The notes under the pieces were generated by a model that worked only from the letters and a program-made list of their open reading frames with translations, was not told the DNA's origin and made no database searches. A stretch of 63,750 nucleotides of DNA, counting the filler, from Folioceros fuciformis (Eukaryota): NCBI GenBank assembly GCA_049999805.1. It is 8 parts of 8 records of this genome, joined end to end, with 100 filler letters (N's around TTAATTAATTAA, not from the genome) between each part and the next. Parts side by side here need not be neighbours in the genome. Positions count along the whole stretch, not along the records: positions 1 to 9,785 come from JBNGIO010002111.1; positions 9,886 to 24,228 come from JBNGIO010002112.1; 6 more parts are not named here. One strand, written 5' to 3'. The position numbers and the translations under genes were made by a program. Each line of letters opens with the position of its first letter. Within the stretch, counting starts at the first letter, position 1. This document shows positions 1-13,100 of this stretch, piece by piece.

Positions 1-1127
1 GCCCCTGCAGGTGAGACCAGGATATTGTTCGCTGCAAGACGGGAATCTGAAGTAGCGCGAATTGGCTAGCCTTACGCATTGCTTCCTGCACGGCTGGATC
101 GTTTTCGGCGTAAGTTGCCAACTCTTCCTGCAACTCAGAGACCTCCAAACTGAAAAAAACGTCTCACAAAATTCCATAAAAGCCCTCCAAGCCAAGAGAT
201 GAAGCCAGAGTTACCTTAAGGGGTTTTGCTTGTTCCTCCAGCCCTCTTAGTTGTACCAAACCAGCATCACGCTCACTCTGGTGAGTACATGAAAATGAGG
301 ACATGACAAGCTAGTCAGCATCACACTGGGACATATCCATGCAGATAACCCACGGGCTAGCAGCAGCACGGAGCAGGACGCATACCGAATCTTCTCTTCC
401 TTTTTGGAGGTTCTCTTTCTCAGACTGCAACTCCAGCCGTCTCTTCTTGACAACTTCAAGCTCAGCTTTTAACTTCTTGTGCATTTGCCGAAGCTTACGA
501 AGGGAATCAACAGAAAGGCCAGGTTCTACGTAGTCAATGTAAGCCCCACTTTCCAAACGACAGCTGCAAGCTCTTCTTTACGTCTCACTCCAGTTCGCAT
601 CTGCAAGTACCTGGTTCCCAGCTCGGCTTGGAAGACTCCAGAAATAGACCTGCGATCGTGGAATTTGTCAGCTTCTGTTTCTTCACATTGTAAGAACACG
701 AACATAGCAAGCAACCCGGAAAGGTGAAACTCACCGAGGTGCCAATTTTATCTTTGAACACCAGATCGTCATCTACCAAGCTCTGCACCACGTCCTTCAC
801 GGATTGACTGATTACACCTTTCTTCGGGCCTATCTTCTCCAGTTCCCGCAGCTGGCATTCCGAGACCGCTTCTCAGCAGATGCACGACATTCGCCACGCT
901 TTCAACTTGGAAACGATCAAACCGCAGCTTCTGAACATACCAGATAGAAGTCCTGGCTCTCATAAAAGATTTGCAGCATCTGGCTCCGCTTTTCCTCCAA
1001 AGACAAGCCTCTCTTTTTCGACTGAGCAACATCACCCAACCCGAAGGAGATATCAGTACAAACAGCACGATCTACTAGTCAGCATAATCACGGTCAGTCC
1101 TGAGTGAGAGATACAGCAGTTCACCAT
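1..1127 (-). CDS. MND1: Meiotic nuclear division protein 1; multi-exon, 3' end runs off the window
   Basis: ATG-only first exon (1125-1127, followed by GT), then exons reading SKKRGLSLEEKRSQMLQIFYESQDFYL, LRELEKIGPKKGVISQSVKDVVQSLVDDDLVFKDKIGTS and YFWSLPS, matching the recalled plant MND1 N-terminus; GT-AG introns. Confidence 0.93.
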
Positions 1128-2811
1128 GACTGCCTGTCCTACAACGTCTGCCGCAATCCCTGCGCCTCAAGTTTCCTGGGAATTCTCGACCATTGCGGAC
1201 AAGATCCTCACAAACGATGCCAGCAGTGGCCCTTCTCTCAATCAAGCCAGCGGGCTGATGGGAAACTAACTGCGATCAGGTGGGAACCATGTTACTGTAC
1301 GTCGTCTTGAACAGCGTTGTAGACGAGCAGGGTGGCATGCAGCCGTCCCCAGTCAACGTTGCTCACTGCATCGCTTACACCCGCGTGTCTCCAGCCTGCA
1401 AGACGTGCCAGGGCGCCGTTGGACAGGAGCTCTCTCTGTTGTGCGCTTGATCAGAGGGGAGTTGGCCAACGGGTAGGGTTTTCTGTGTGCCTGGGTCCAG
1501 ATCCTGGTAGTAGCACATCGAGCGTGAACCTTGGTTAGTTGCCAGTTCTCAGATCCAGCAGCTGTGACTTTCTCAGTTTTGTGAATGTCCCTCAGCTTGC
1601 GAATGAAGGACAAAAAGTCGTGCGTGCGTGGGTAGTCTGCTATTTCTAAGATAGGATCTCCGTCCAGCCTGCTAATCAATTGTACTACCAGATACTGGCG
1701 GGTTGTCCAAATGTTCTCACACTGATTTGCATCACGCTTCCGTCTGTCGTGGGGACACTGACGCCAGGATGTTATAGCTATGTTCATTGTTGTTCTCAAA
1801 ATCTTTCCCCTTGTCGTTGTGATGTTTTTCGCTCCGCACTGGTACTGAAAGTACTATGATACAACCATCCTCCATTAGAGGTGACACTAGCACAAGTGCA
1901 CGACTTCTGATTGGTGTTCTTGCGTGCTTTCATCCGCTAATTACTTAGTGTTTGATCAGACGGGTTTGGGGCAGGCTACTATACCTACCTGTAAATGAGC
2001 CTTGTAGTTGTCTTGAGAGTCTCTAGCTGTAAACTCCCAGCTATTGTGTGAGGCAAGTTATGGACGCACAGTCTTCTGTGACTTGTGTGGGTCCCTCTGA
2101 TTTTGCATGATGTGCTTTGCTTGGCTCCTTGCTCCATTGTTAGTACACGAAGCACAGTGCAAAATGCAAAGTTTTCAGCACACGAGTTTACCCGTGGAGT
2201 GGCTGTTCAACATGTTAATTCTTGTTTGTACAACACAGGAAGCTGATGCCTTTGGTCGCACCGACATTCAGACACTTCTCCACCGCTCTGAGGTATGGTT
2301 TGGTGGTTTGGGTACAGGCTGGCCATTGATGCAAGGGCTGAAGTCCTTGAAAGTGTATTACCCTTGGAAGATGTTCAGGTGGAAGCGATGTGAGCTGCGG
2401 AATCAAGGGTCAGGAAACCGGTACGAAGCAGAAGTGCGAGATCTCACCGATTGAGGACCAATCAGGATCGTGCTGGAAGGTTATATGGCCGGACTGTCCA
2501 AGTTCGAAACCATAAGAACAGCGAGACGTAGGAGCGCAAGTACTCACCCTCTAGGCGTTGCATTTCCATGTCAAATGGACATGATTGCCCTGCTTTCACT
2601 TTCATTTGAAATTGATTTGACATTCTGAGCCTCTTGATGCACAGGAATTTTTGGAAGCTCGAAGACTGCCTGAGGCTGCTTTTCCCATGTTTCTTTCTTC
2701 TGGTAAAGATCTCACACGCCACTGTCTCTGTGCCGGGCTTATTGATTCTCACAGCATGATTGTATGCCTTTCTTTTGAGCCTTAGGCAACCGTGGTCATG
2801 GATTTGTTTAG

Positions 2812-4241
2812 GTGCCGAGCCATTATCTCGGAAACAAGAGCACTGGAATGTTGGTTTCAAGCGGCTGCAGAAGTTTCGGGAAGGGAAGGGGAAGAAGTTG
2901 CCCCCGCTGACAACCACTCCAAGCAGCGATGTGGCTGAGTCAGGTGGTCCGCCCGATGTTGGGGTTGTGGTTTTTTCTGATGAGCACCCAGCTGGAGAAC
3001 CAGTACTGCCTGCATCGGATGATGGCCAACCAGCTGGAGAACCAGTATTTCCAAAATCAGACGATTTCCAGCCAGCGAGCGGAAGTGTAGTGTCCACATC
3101 TAGGAACGGACCTCGGGATGCTGTTCGGCTCAACCACTGGCCATCTCCAGCAACTGTGGATGATTTCAGCGCATTGGAACAGCAGATTGAGGATCTCACC
3201 CAAGAGAAGGTTTACTTGCAGCGGAGCCTCGCCTCAGCAAATGAGTTGGCAGATGAACTGGCCAAGGACCACTCTTCTCTGACCGAACACTATAACCAGC
3301 AGGGAAAGGTGGTGAACGAGCTGAGAGATGAGCTTGCGCGGCTGGAAGCTGAGATTCAAGCGCAGGCACTGGTTGTAGCAAGCCTGAGAGCTGAGCGGCA
3401 AAAAGCTGAACGAGAGGGTGCTGCTGCCGTCGACCAGTCACATACATTTGCAGCAATGGTTGTTGCGTTGGGCGAGCGTGTGCTTCACATGAGGTCACAG
3501 GGACTGAAACTGGAAAGAAGCACAGAAGCCCTTGCAGCGGCCAACGAGGTAAAGAAGAAGCAAGTAGCAGTCTTGGAGAAAGATCGTGCGAATCTCAAGG
3601 CCATGTTCGAGGCCGTCCACGAGGAGAAGGTGGCGCTAACTTCCCGACTCCATCAATCTTCCAAGTTTCCCCATAATCCTCCGGGGACTCTGTTGAAGAC
3701 AGATGCTTGCACTGGTACAGACGAGTGGCAGTCCGAGCCTACTTCATCCCAATTACAACCATTGTCTCAAGTGCAATACCAGACGGTGTCAACCGACCCT
3801 GCACCCTCATCATCAGTGGTTCCAGAGCAACCATCGCCAATAGGATTAAGAAGCTCACCTTCACTCGGAGACAGTGACTCCATCCCGCTATCAAGCACCC
3901 TTCCCGATTCCCACCTCAGGAGCCTGGAGAGCATAAACTCCCTGCTCCTGGAGTTGACAGATGACAAGGTCGCCTCCATCAGAGCGGTAACCGACGAGTC
4001 TGCATCAGCAGCGGAGCTCCGATCAGCCAATGTGGAGTTGCAGCAGAAACTGGAGGCGCAGACCCATCGCCTGGAGCTGGCTCTGGCCCGCAGCATGGTG
4101 GCCCGGGATTGGAACTCTCCTCTACACCATGCCCATGTAGCAGAATCTTCTGTAGGAGCAGAGGGCGTGCTCGGATGGATCAAGTGGCTCATCTATCCTC
4201 GCAGGCCTGACCCTTCCAGGCGTCGCCACAAGACACTGTGA
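2812..4241 (+). CDS. BLI: BLISTER-like coiled-coil protein; one long exon, true start uncertain (probably an upstream exon)
   Basis: DDFSALEQQIEDLTQEK...HYNQQGKVVNELR...LKLERS...LEKDR and C-terminal VLGWIKWLIYP resemble plant BLISTER; N-terminal SRKQEH...KRLQKFREGK. Putative acceptor TTAG ends at 2811. Confidence 0.8.
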
Positions 4242-4467
4242 AGCTCCTGGAGTGGTCATGGACGGAACCCATCAATCCACTCTGTTTGCGGAGCAACCAG
4301 GAGGTAAAAATAACAAGAAGCGTTCACTGTCATTTGAACGAAGACGGTTGCTGGTCGGTGCCAGCCGGCAAGCTAGGCAAGGAAAGCAAGCCAAGGCCGG
4401 GTGAGCGAGGCTGAATACTGAGGTTGCGCAGAAGGTGCGGGAAAGGTGCGAGAAAGGTGCGAGGAAG

Positions 4468-5805
4468 ATGAGGCACTGGAAGCTGAAGCCGCCGGGTCCT
4501 GCCGTGGTGACGCGCTACGACCGGTGCCACAAGGGGCGCGTGGGAGACTGCCAGTTCCGGCCCAGCATGAAACATGTCGTGTCTGGAGGGGCAGATGGGC
4601 AGGTTTTGCTTTGGAGCTTGCACGAGAGACCTGGGGTGCTGGATGCTTGCAACAGGCCTTATAAGTTTCTTGGGCACCAAGGGGCCGTGTGCGCCATCGC
4701 CGTGTCGCCCCTGGACAACGTCATCGTGTCTGGCTCTAAGGACAGGACGCTGAGATTCTGGCTGCCCACTGTTTGCGGGCAGTCGAGGGTGATCAAGGGT
4801 CACTCCGGGGCGGTGCGCACGGTGGCCTTCTCGCCCAACGGGCACCATGTCCTGAGCGGAGGGGACGACAAGATGCTAAAGGTGTGGGCAGTGGAGGGAC
4901 GGAGGTTTCTTCTCACCCTGGCCGGGCATCTGAACTGGGTCCGGTCGGCCGAGTTCAACCACGACGGGAGGCTTATCGTGTCCGGGAGCGACGACAAGAC
5001 GGTGCGGCTGTGGAACTTCGAGCGCCGGGAGTGCATCCACGTCTTCCACGACCTGCTGGGCACGGTGAACTGCGCCAGGTTCAGCCAGGACGGGAATTGC
5101 ATCGCCAGCGGAGGGGCCGACTACGCCATCCAGATTCGCGACATCCGGACCCGGATGCTCGTGCAGCACTACGACACCGAGGGCGGGGCCATCCAGTCGC
5201 TCTGCTTCCATCCGTCGGGGCATTTCCTGCTTTCCGCGTCCGGGGACGCACTACGGGTGTGGGATGTGCGGGAGGGGAGAGGGCTGTATACTCTGGCCGG
5301 GCATGGGGATGGGAATGTGACGTGCGCGGCCTTCTCGCCGAACGGGGAGTACTTCACGTCCGGGACTTCGGAGCAGCTCGTGATGGTGTGGAGGTCGAAT
5401 CTGGACAGGTCCTGCACCGGAGCGAGATACAACTGCGAGCTGCAGGAACAGAGCGAGAGCAGGAGCAAGAAGCACATCCTGAGGACCAAGGTGGTGGTGC
5501 CCGAAGACGGGGATGACAAGAGCCCCAGCCCTGACATCAGCGTCCCCTCGGACGACGGCAACCAGTCCACCATCGACTTCAGCCTGAGCAGAGGCGACCG
5601 AGTGCGCGTCGGAAATGAGGAGTTCACGGTGAATGTGCTCCCGAGCGACTCCAGCTCCGTTTCCTCGCAGCAGCAGGCGGACCTGGATGCTGTGGCGGAC
5701 GAGTATCTCCGGCACGCTGAGTGCCAACTTAATACATTGCGGCACTCCATAGCCAAGCTGCAGAAGCAGATCGCACCGGACCGGTTTCTGACGAGGGTGG
5801 AGTGA
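4468..5805 (+). CDS. POC1: POC1 centriolar WD40 protein, intronless
   Basis: Seven WD40 repeats with POC1-like motifs (GHLNWVRSAEF, MLVQHY, FHPSGHFLLSAS, EGRGLYTLAGH, VMVWRSNLD) plus a short C-terminal coiled coil (LRHAECQLNTLRHSIAKLQKQI). Confidence 0.88.
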   Translation: MRHWKLKPPGPAVVTRYDRCHKGRVGDCQFRPSMKHVVSGGADGQVLLWSLHERPGVLDACNRPYKFLGHQGAVCAIAVSPLDNVIVSGSKDRTLRFWLPTVCGQSRVIKGHSGAVRTVAFSPNGHHVLSGGDDKMLKVWAVEGRRFLLTLAGHLNWVRSAEFNHDGRLIVSGSDDKTVRLWNFERRECIHVFHDLLGTVNCARFSQDGNCIASGGADYAIQIRDIRTRMLVQHYDTEGGAIQSLCFHPSGHFLLSASGDALRVWDVREGRGLYTLAGHGDGNVTCAAFSPNGEYFTSGTSEQLVMVWRSNLDRSCTGARYNCELQEQSESRSKKHILRTKVVVPEDGDDKSPSPDISVPSDDGNQSTIDFSLSRGDRVRVGNEEFTVNVLPSDSSSVSSQQQADLDAVADEYLRHAECQLNTLRHSIAKLQKQIAPDRFLTRVE

Positions 5806-6544
5806 CTGTCATTTTGTAAACCCTAACAAGAGGATGTAACCAAGCGCGTAGGGAGGCAGAACAAAGAAACGGGGACGGGAAAAACTTCGGAGTAGGCATG
5901 TGTGAACGGTCATCTGCTTCGAACGGGGAAGCGACGCTGTGGCCCTGCGAAGTGACACCAAACCGCCGCCTTGATTCCTGTGTGCACAGGCTCGCGAGCG
6001 ATGCACCTCTTCCTTCCCTGCAGGCTTGTATCCCTGGACGCAGACGTATGATCCAGATCGGGGCGAGGTGCCGCATTGCCCACGGCTCCATGGCATCTTG
6101 GCAGTGTAGGTCTTCGGGTTTGGCGTTTTTCCGAGTGTGCGCGTCCTCTGTTGCCGGGTGACCTGTAGCACGTTCGAGAGCAGCAGCGTGGCCGTGGCCT
6201 TGGCCTTGGCCATGGAAGATAACTTTATGTGACTCCTCAGGCCAAAAATGCGGATGGCGTGATTGTGTTTTCTTGAACTTTTGTTCGTTGAATGCACGCA
6301 TCGGGGAACAAGAAGCGCATCATGGTTCGGGTGATCCCTAAAGCTGATCCAGGTGCAATTCTGGATAGAGGTCGAGAAGTGGTGGTGGGAGGGGCTTCGG
6401 AGGAGAGCATCGGGGAATTGCGTACTCCTTCCCGAGTAGGTTAGACAAAATTTTGAGCAGGACTGGCCAGGGGACCTGGCGCAACTCGCGGACAAACGCA
6501 CAGAGTGTCAGACAAACGTTGCTTATGCTCCGACAGCTGGAAAG

Positions 6545-7707
6545 ATGAGTACTACTTTCCTATTCGATAGACATGAGAACCACTACCTCAAGGTTTCGGA
6601 GATGGTTATGCTGGCCGTCGGAGTGGTGGTGGCAGTGATGGAAATGACCGGCAAGAGCCTCCAGTATTCCAAGTTTGCTGATAACACTAAGAACCACCAA
6701 ATATCAAGTAAACGCGGGATGCTTATTATGTACGTTCCGTCCGCGGTGATCGCCGTCTCCTTCCTGCTCACCAAGCTGGGTTTCCTGGACCCCGTGGATG
6801 TGATGTACAAGCTGCATCTCACAGGCTGGGCCAATCACATCTCCTTTCACAGAGATTGGGACAGAAGAATGCGCATGCTGGCTTCCGCGCTTATCATGCA
6901 TTTCGGGAAGCGAGTCCTCGAGGTCAGTGCTCTTTGTACGCTGCTTTTTCTTGCAACACGTCATGCTCCCGTCACTGTAGCCCAACACACCGGCTAGTCG
7001 ACAATTTACGTGAGTCCCACCACGGTTTTATCTCCAGGAACCGCAGTTCCCTTAGCATAGAAGCAATTCTACTGCTATATGCTCACTAAGTCCGCAAGGA
7101 GTCTCACTGAAAATCTTTGAAGTCCATGATATGAATGCATGTATGACACATTCGCTCACTCACTCAACTCACTCTCCGCTTTCAAAACAAATGTGTGGAC
7201 CAGATCCTGTTCCTCCATGTTTACTCAGGAACAGTCCATGCTTTTCAAGCTGTGGCGATATCAATTGCTTACTGCACCGCAGTCGTGAACCTTCTATATG
7301 GCCAAGAGATTGCTTCCAACCTGAATGGACCTGCAGTGAACCTCAAATGGGTTGGCCTCTACACCTTCCTGGTGGGAGTGACTGGAAACTTCTACTGTCA
7401 CTACAAGCTGGCAGGTTTTCGAAAGGAAGCTAGGTCTGGATTCTTCGCAAGGCGCCTCATCAGTCATACAAACTACGTGGTGCCCACAGGCGGCCCCTTC
7501 GAGTACCTGGTCTGCCCTCACTACGTCTTCGAGATCATCGACTTCATAGGCATTGCCATGATATGCCAGACATCAATTGCGTTCTGGACAGGAGTATTTG
7601 TGGTAATCTACATGACAACAAGAGCCGTGGCAACCAAAGAGTGGTACTTGAAGAAGGTGGATGGCTTCCCTGAAGACAGAAAATACCTCATCCCTAAAGT
7701 ATTCTGA
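6545..7707 (+). CDS. 3-oxo-5-alpha-steroid 4-dehydrogenase (steroid 5-alpha-reductase / enoyl reductase) family protein; exons 6545-6922 and 7204-7707
   Basis: HFGKRVLE|ILFLHVYSG across a GT-AG intron, GNFYCHYKLA, PTGGPFEYLVCPHYVFEI, C-terminal KYLIPKVF. Confidence 0.9.
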
Positions 7708-8815
7708 GCCCCAAGCGTACGTAGGGTTGAATAATGCTTAGAACAGCTCGTCAAACGATGTGTAGGGTAAGTTCGGGTTCTGCAGCTCTTGAAATGATGT
7801 GTTTCAGCTCCGGTGATCTGCTCCAGTGATCGGTGACTGGAGTCTTTCCGCTTCTGTGATTGATGACTGGATCACATGTACTATAGGCGTTTGATTACTG
7901 TTAATTAGGCACTGTATGGGCTAGCCAGCTGATGCTGATGACGCCCTAGCTTTGCGGCTTGAAAACTTTGAGGCCAGAACTGCATCAATTTGTTCTTAGC
8001 ATGATTCTTTTGTAGATGATGGTTACCATGAGAGGCAGTAGGCAGAAAAAGAGCATACTGAAAGACATGTTTCTTTTGAGCTAAATAAACATGTGTAGGA
8101 AGACAATGAATGAATTCCTTTGAGAGAGCCACAAGCTGTTCCTCACACAATAAAGCACAATCTCCTCCTCTTTCAAGGTATGTCGCCATGACTAAGCTAG
8201 GCTGGCAGTGCAAGCTTGAAGCTACAGCCACTTCTGGTCAAAACAAAAACCTCTCATTCCTTCATTCATTATCTCATTCACGGGACGAAATGCCACACCT
8301 CGTCCCCCCCTAACAAAACCCCTTAGGACTGTAACATCCTACGCAGTAGGTACTCTGCTGGACTAAAAATATTGCTGGAAATGTAACAGGAGTAGGTATG
8401 TACATCCTACCAGTGTGGCTGCTACGGCCATAACGGCTCCAATGGACTTGAATGCGAAAGCACAAAAGAACCTAAACCACGTTCACTGTGCTTACGTAGA
8501 CTAAAATTCGATGTTACCAAAACGTACCTTTATCTAGGAACACCAAATCCATGCCGTCCTGTACGCAAAATTTCCTTTCCCCTGACCCGACCTGACCTGA
8601 CCTGGTCTGGCCCGGCCCGGCCTTGCCAGAACTGTCCTGTCCTGGCTGAGCGCTTGTCCCAATCTACCAATCCTAAAGCAATAATTGTGGTCGCAACATG
8701 CAGGGCGTGCTACAAGACATTGCTCCTGACGGTCACAGTAAGAAATCAATAAATACTCCACCAGGCGGGCGGGAGGAAGCAATAAACTGAAGCACTAGTA
8801 AGCCGAAGATGATGA

Positions 8816-9785
8816 TCAGGACGTTCGTTTCCTCGATGAGCCCAAGACGGGCTGGGGCCTCCAATCCAAGAAAGTGGCTGTTGTGAGCACCAGGCAGCTG
8901 AGGATAACATAGGCCAAAACCCAGGAGATCCTCCACGTTGCGTATACGCCAGCGAAGCTAAAGAGCGAGAAGAAGGCGGCCGTCCCCGCCCCGTGCACCG
9001 CGCTCAATTCCCCCTCGTCTATTGCACAGGGAAAGCAGCCAACGCGATTGAACTGGTGCAGCAGCTGGTCCTTCTGGTGGAAGGCATCGTTGAGCCAGGC
9101 GGAGGAGCCCGCCTCCGACTGCGGCACCCCGTCCACGGCCACCCGACGCACATGGATGTGCACCTCGTCGGGGTTGATCCCGAACAGATTGTCCACAAAC
9201 GAGGGACAGCGGTACTTGTAGGCGATGGTGAGGTCGTAGACGGCATCCAGAGTCGGCCGCAGCTTCGAGACGCACGCAAAGAAGCCCTTAGTACGGGGTC
9301 CCAGTACGTTGTCCAGCTTCGGCAGCCCCTGCTGCTCCGCGAATCTGTGGCTCTCAATCTTCTTGTGCTCCGCGAAGTCCGTGCCCTCGGGAAACAGCAC
9401 CAGCCACAGCGCGTCTCCGCGATCTTGGAAGGTTGCCAAATGACCCGCTATCACCGGCGCGTCCACCTCCCACTTCCTGTCCAGAAACAAAAATTCTAGG
9501 ATATGGAAGGCCCAGCCAAACAGAGGCGCGTTTCTCACACTGCTCTTTAAAGCATACTTAACAAACCCGATGCTCTCCTTGCGCGTCGCCAGGTTCCAAA
9601 TATACATCCAGTCCACCTCCGTGCGATGGTTGCATATCAGCATGACCCGTTCCCCCGCTGGCACCTTCTCCCCCGAGAACACCACTCTCGTTTGGTTGAT
9701 CTTCTCGAACAGAAATGGCCACATAGAAAGCCAATGCCCGAAGAAGAACCCCGTGCACTTCCTAAAGTACCGCACGCTGAAGAGC
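8816..9785 (-). CDS. LPAT5: 1-acyl-sn-glycerol-3-phosphate acyltransferase, LPAT4/LPAT5 clade; 5' truncated at contig end
   Basis: PlsC motifs NHRTEVDWMY and LFPEGTDF, plus PRTKGF and DAVYDLTIAY. Confidence 0.9.
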
Positions 9786-9885
9786 NNNNNNNNNNNNNNN
9801 NNNNNNNNNNNNNNNNNNNNNNNNNNNNNTTAATTAATTAANNNNNNNNNNNNNNNNNNNNNNNNNNNNNNNNNNNNNNNNNNNN
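9786..9885. other. Artificial contig spacer
   Basis: N run, TTAATTAATTAA (stops in all six frames), N run. Identical spacers at 24229-24328, 38262-38361, 46884-46983, 49953-50052, 52853-52952 and 61654-61753. Confidence 0.99.
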
Positions 9886-10148
9886 CGAGCAAAAGTATGA
9901 ACCCTCAAAGAGTTAATTCAGGCAATAGTAAATCATTCTTCAATTTCCTGCAGCTGGTGGTTCACATTTCTGACTGTGTATACATATACAAAGGTTCAAG
10001 TAGAGTTGAATGACTAAAAAAAACCATGAAATTTCAATAAATTGGCTGCACCAAAAAACTGCAGATAAGCTGGGGCCCGCAGATGTTTTACATAAAAGAA
10101 GCTTGTGTTCCAATCCACTCCAGCTGCCCCGTCTTCTATACTGTCATG

Positions 10149-13100
10149 TCAAATCACGACGCAGTAGGCCTCACTTGGAGGTGGGGACTGGTAATCCCGC
10201 CGAGCGAGGAATGTCTGAGCAGCATTCTGGACCTTCCAGAGGCTGCAGTGCCACAGTGCCGTCCCCTTGTAATCTCTCCACAGTGGCTCTTGTCCCAAGG
10301 CAACATGTTCCACACTGTCCTGCCGTACACAATGTACGGCGGATCGATCTGGTTCGCAATAGTCGGGGACCACGACACAGCCGATGGAGACATAGCCGAA
10401 GGGAGGCCGTGGTTTCCAAATAGTCACGGGATCCCTGGCCCCACTCTCGGTATCACGCCAAACCTGGCCAGCAGTAGGGAGAGTTTTATAAAGAGCACAA
10501 GGTTTAAGGCTGTGTCCGTAGCTGGAAAAACAGAAATGTAATACCCTCTGAGGTGAGTGACGTACCAGATCATATCCCTCTGGAGGGAGAAAAACACCCC
10601 CATTGTCCAGATACACCATGGCTTTCTCCGGCGGGTTGTAAGAGCACTGGACAACATCTCCCACGGAGACGTAGCTGTACGAAAGGCATAGACCAGTGAG
10701 GAACTGGACAAAACAAAGATTGGTTCACCTGCAGCCGAATATTGACTGTCTCCAAATGCTTACCCGGCCGGAGGAATTGGTCTCCAGATTGAGACATGAT
10801 ATTTCTTGCTCCAAGGAGCTCCCTGTAACCAGCACAGCCTGTGAGTCAGGCAGGTAGATTCCTACGCTATGTTTTCAAGATTGAAAACACCAAATCAATA
10901 CTAATCTGTGTATTCAGGATCATGCACCGGGGGGCTAACCTTATCCCACCAGATACGTTGAAAGTTTGCAGTGAGGTTTCCTCGTTGACCGACACCCCCA
11001 ATCAAGGCCGCAGATCCGTTAAATGCAGGTTGTGAAACCTCAGTGACCCTGGAGCGCTTGATGTCTTGACGAATTGGTGGATCATCTTCTGTTTCTAGCA
11101 TTGCCTGTCCTGCCGTCCCTATAAGTGCACCAAAAGTTGCCATTACTGGAACTGCAATGGGTGCTGCTGGACCTGCAAGCAACCCGAGAGCTGCTCCGGA
11201 TGCTGCTCCAGCTCCAGCACCGGCATATGGCTTCCTAGCTGGTTTCTGCCTTGCACCCTGTAACTCCAAAAATTAAGGTACATCAATTAGAAGCTTCTGT
11301 TCACCACAGCAGGCTATCCACCCCTCCAGAAAACAGACGTCTTCCTCCCACGCATAACAACTCGAAGGCCAATGAGTCATCCATGACCAAAGAAAAATGG
11401 TCAAGGGCAAACCTGAGCTTGTACTGACAGACGGTCTGGTCCGTACGTGTTGAAAGCATGTTGAATTGCAGATTGAATCTCCGTTGCCTGTTTGGTGCCA
11501 GGATGACACTTCACTACCCGAGCAATCTCTTTCGAATCAAAGAGTCTAGAGTCCTGTGACCAGTCTCGAAGATGTATAATAAGTCTTGAGGGAGGGAGAT
11601 TAGGAGATTCATCTGCCCCGTGTGTCACCTCCAATGTCATCAAATCGTTCCATGTGACATCCCACACAATTGCACAAGGCTCTTTCATCAAATCTGGCCT
11701 TTTTTGGGCAATTAGTGCAGTTGGATGCTGCAAGTAGCATGGCAAAAGATTAGCACTACCATACGCACACAACCTAGGAGAATACAAACAGGAAGCGTCT
11801 ACTTCAGGCAAGACGTTGGAACAAACCTGCAGCAGGATAACCCTCCGGTGAGTAATCATCAGGGTCTTCCCTTTTGGAAGGTTATAATGATATTCATATG
11901 CATCGGAAACTGCATACTTTCCACGAACCTTAAACAGATCAATATTACCAAAGACTGCACCTCGCTCTGCTAACTGCATCAGGACCTGTTCACCAAATCG
12001 AAGACAATAAATATCCGAATTCACGGTTTTGCATATCAAGAATCTCAGCGTGCAGGTACATTATTCTTACCTGGCCACGAGCCTTGTAGTCATCGTAAGG
12101 GCGAAGTATGTTATCCCCACCTATCACACGTGGAAGACGTTGGCGAAGAAGCTGTTCCTGTAGAGTCAATGCTGCGGCAAGCTTGATTCTGCTAGCATTC
12201 GCTCCTTCTGTTGTTTTCGACAAAAAGTCGAGCACACCACTCATAGGTTGAGCAGCAACACCAATAAGACCTTTCCCTACACCTTGGACGAATCCTTCCA
12301 CGCCAGATGATCGAGCACCTTCTAAAGGCTTCGTGAGTATGCCAGTTACGCCTCTGAACAAGCTTTTTGCAAGAGCCTCACCTCCCTCACGTAAGCCATC
12401 TCCTATATCTTCTACATTAGCCTTACTTTCCTGGACATATAAACAAGACAGTCCTGTCAGAGAAAGCAAAACGAACTCAGATAGGAAACAAGGCAATCAA
12501 AACTTTGAGAGCAAGTGGCTTGCCTGCTTTTGACGACTTCGAATAAATTTTTTGTCCATGGATAGAGCAGCTACACCCTTGCTCATGTGGCCCAGTGCAC
12601 TGCTCGCATTTCCCAGCAAATCAACACCAGTAAGTAGCATCAAAGGCTGGCTGAGGACGTCATTTCGTATGTTTGTGACAGCGGCAGCTGTAAGCGCACT
12701 CTGGCGCATGCAAACGTCTTCGTGCACATGAGGACTGATGCGGATCTGCACGGCCAATGTAGAATTATAATAGATTTTTCAAAAGTGAAAATGACATTCT
12801 TTCCTGTAAGTGTATTGCAGTAGCCCATAGGTAGCAAGACAAGCCAAAGGACAAAACCCCCTGCCGACCAAATGACAATGCACTCTACCGGCATTTCATT
12901 TGTATTGCCAAGCGAGGCAACCAATGTTGACCAGAAACCAAGCATTCCTCGAGGTCGCTGAGTTGGGGACATCGCCAATGTCACCTTGAAGCGGATTTCT
13001 GATGTATTTAGAAGACTGAAAGAACACAAAGGCAGAAGGGGCGTGAGCCCAGGCAACCATGAAACCTTTAAAGCAATGACAACAGATATAAAACTGTATC

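Noticed and set aside
1200-2460. Possible micro-exon gene (DGFGAGYYTYL..., LAIDARAEVLE...) and the ORF at 1353-1799
   Set aside because: The in-frame model needs implausibly short introns (25 and 50 nt) and no family is recognisable; may be UTR sequence.
4330-5756. Many long overlapping or antisense ORFs over POC1 (likewise over LPAT, GT61 and RH35)
   Set aside because: Shadow ORFs caused by GC-rich codon usage.
5809-6501. 230-aa minus-strand ORF
   Set aside because: No recognisable domain or supported exon structure.
9786-9885. Regularly recurring TTAATTAATTAA flanked by Ns
   Set aside because: Synthetic contig linker, not a biological repeat.
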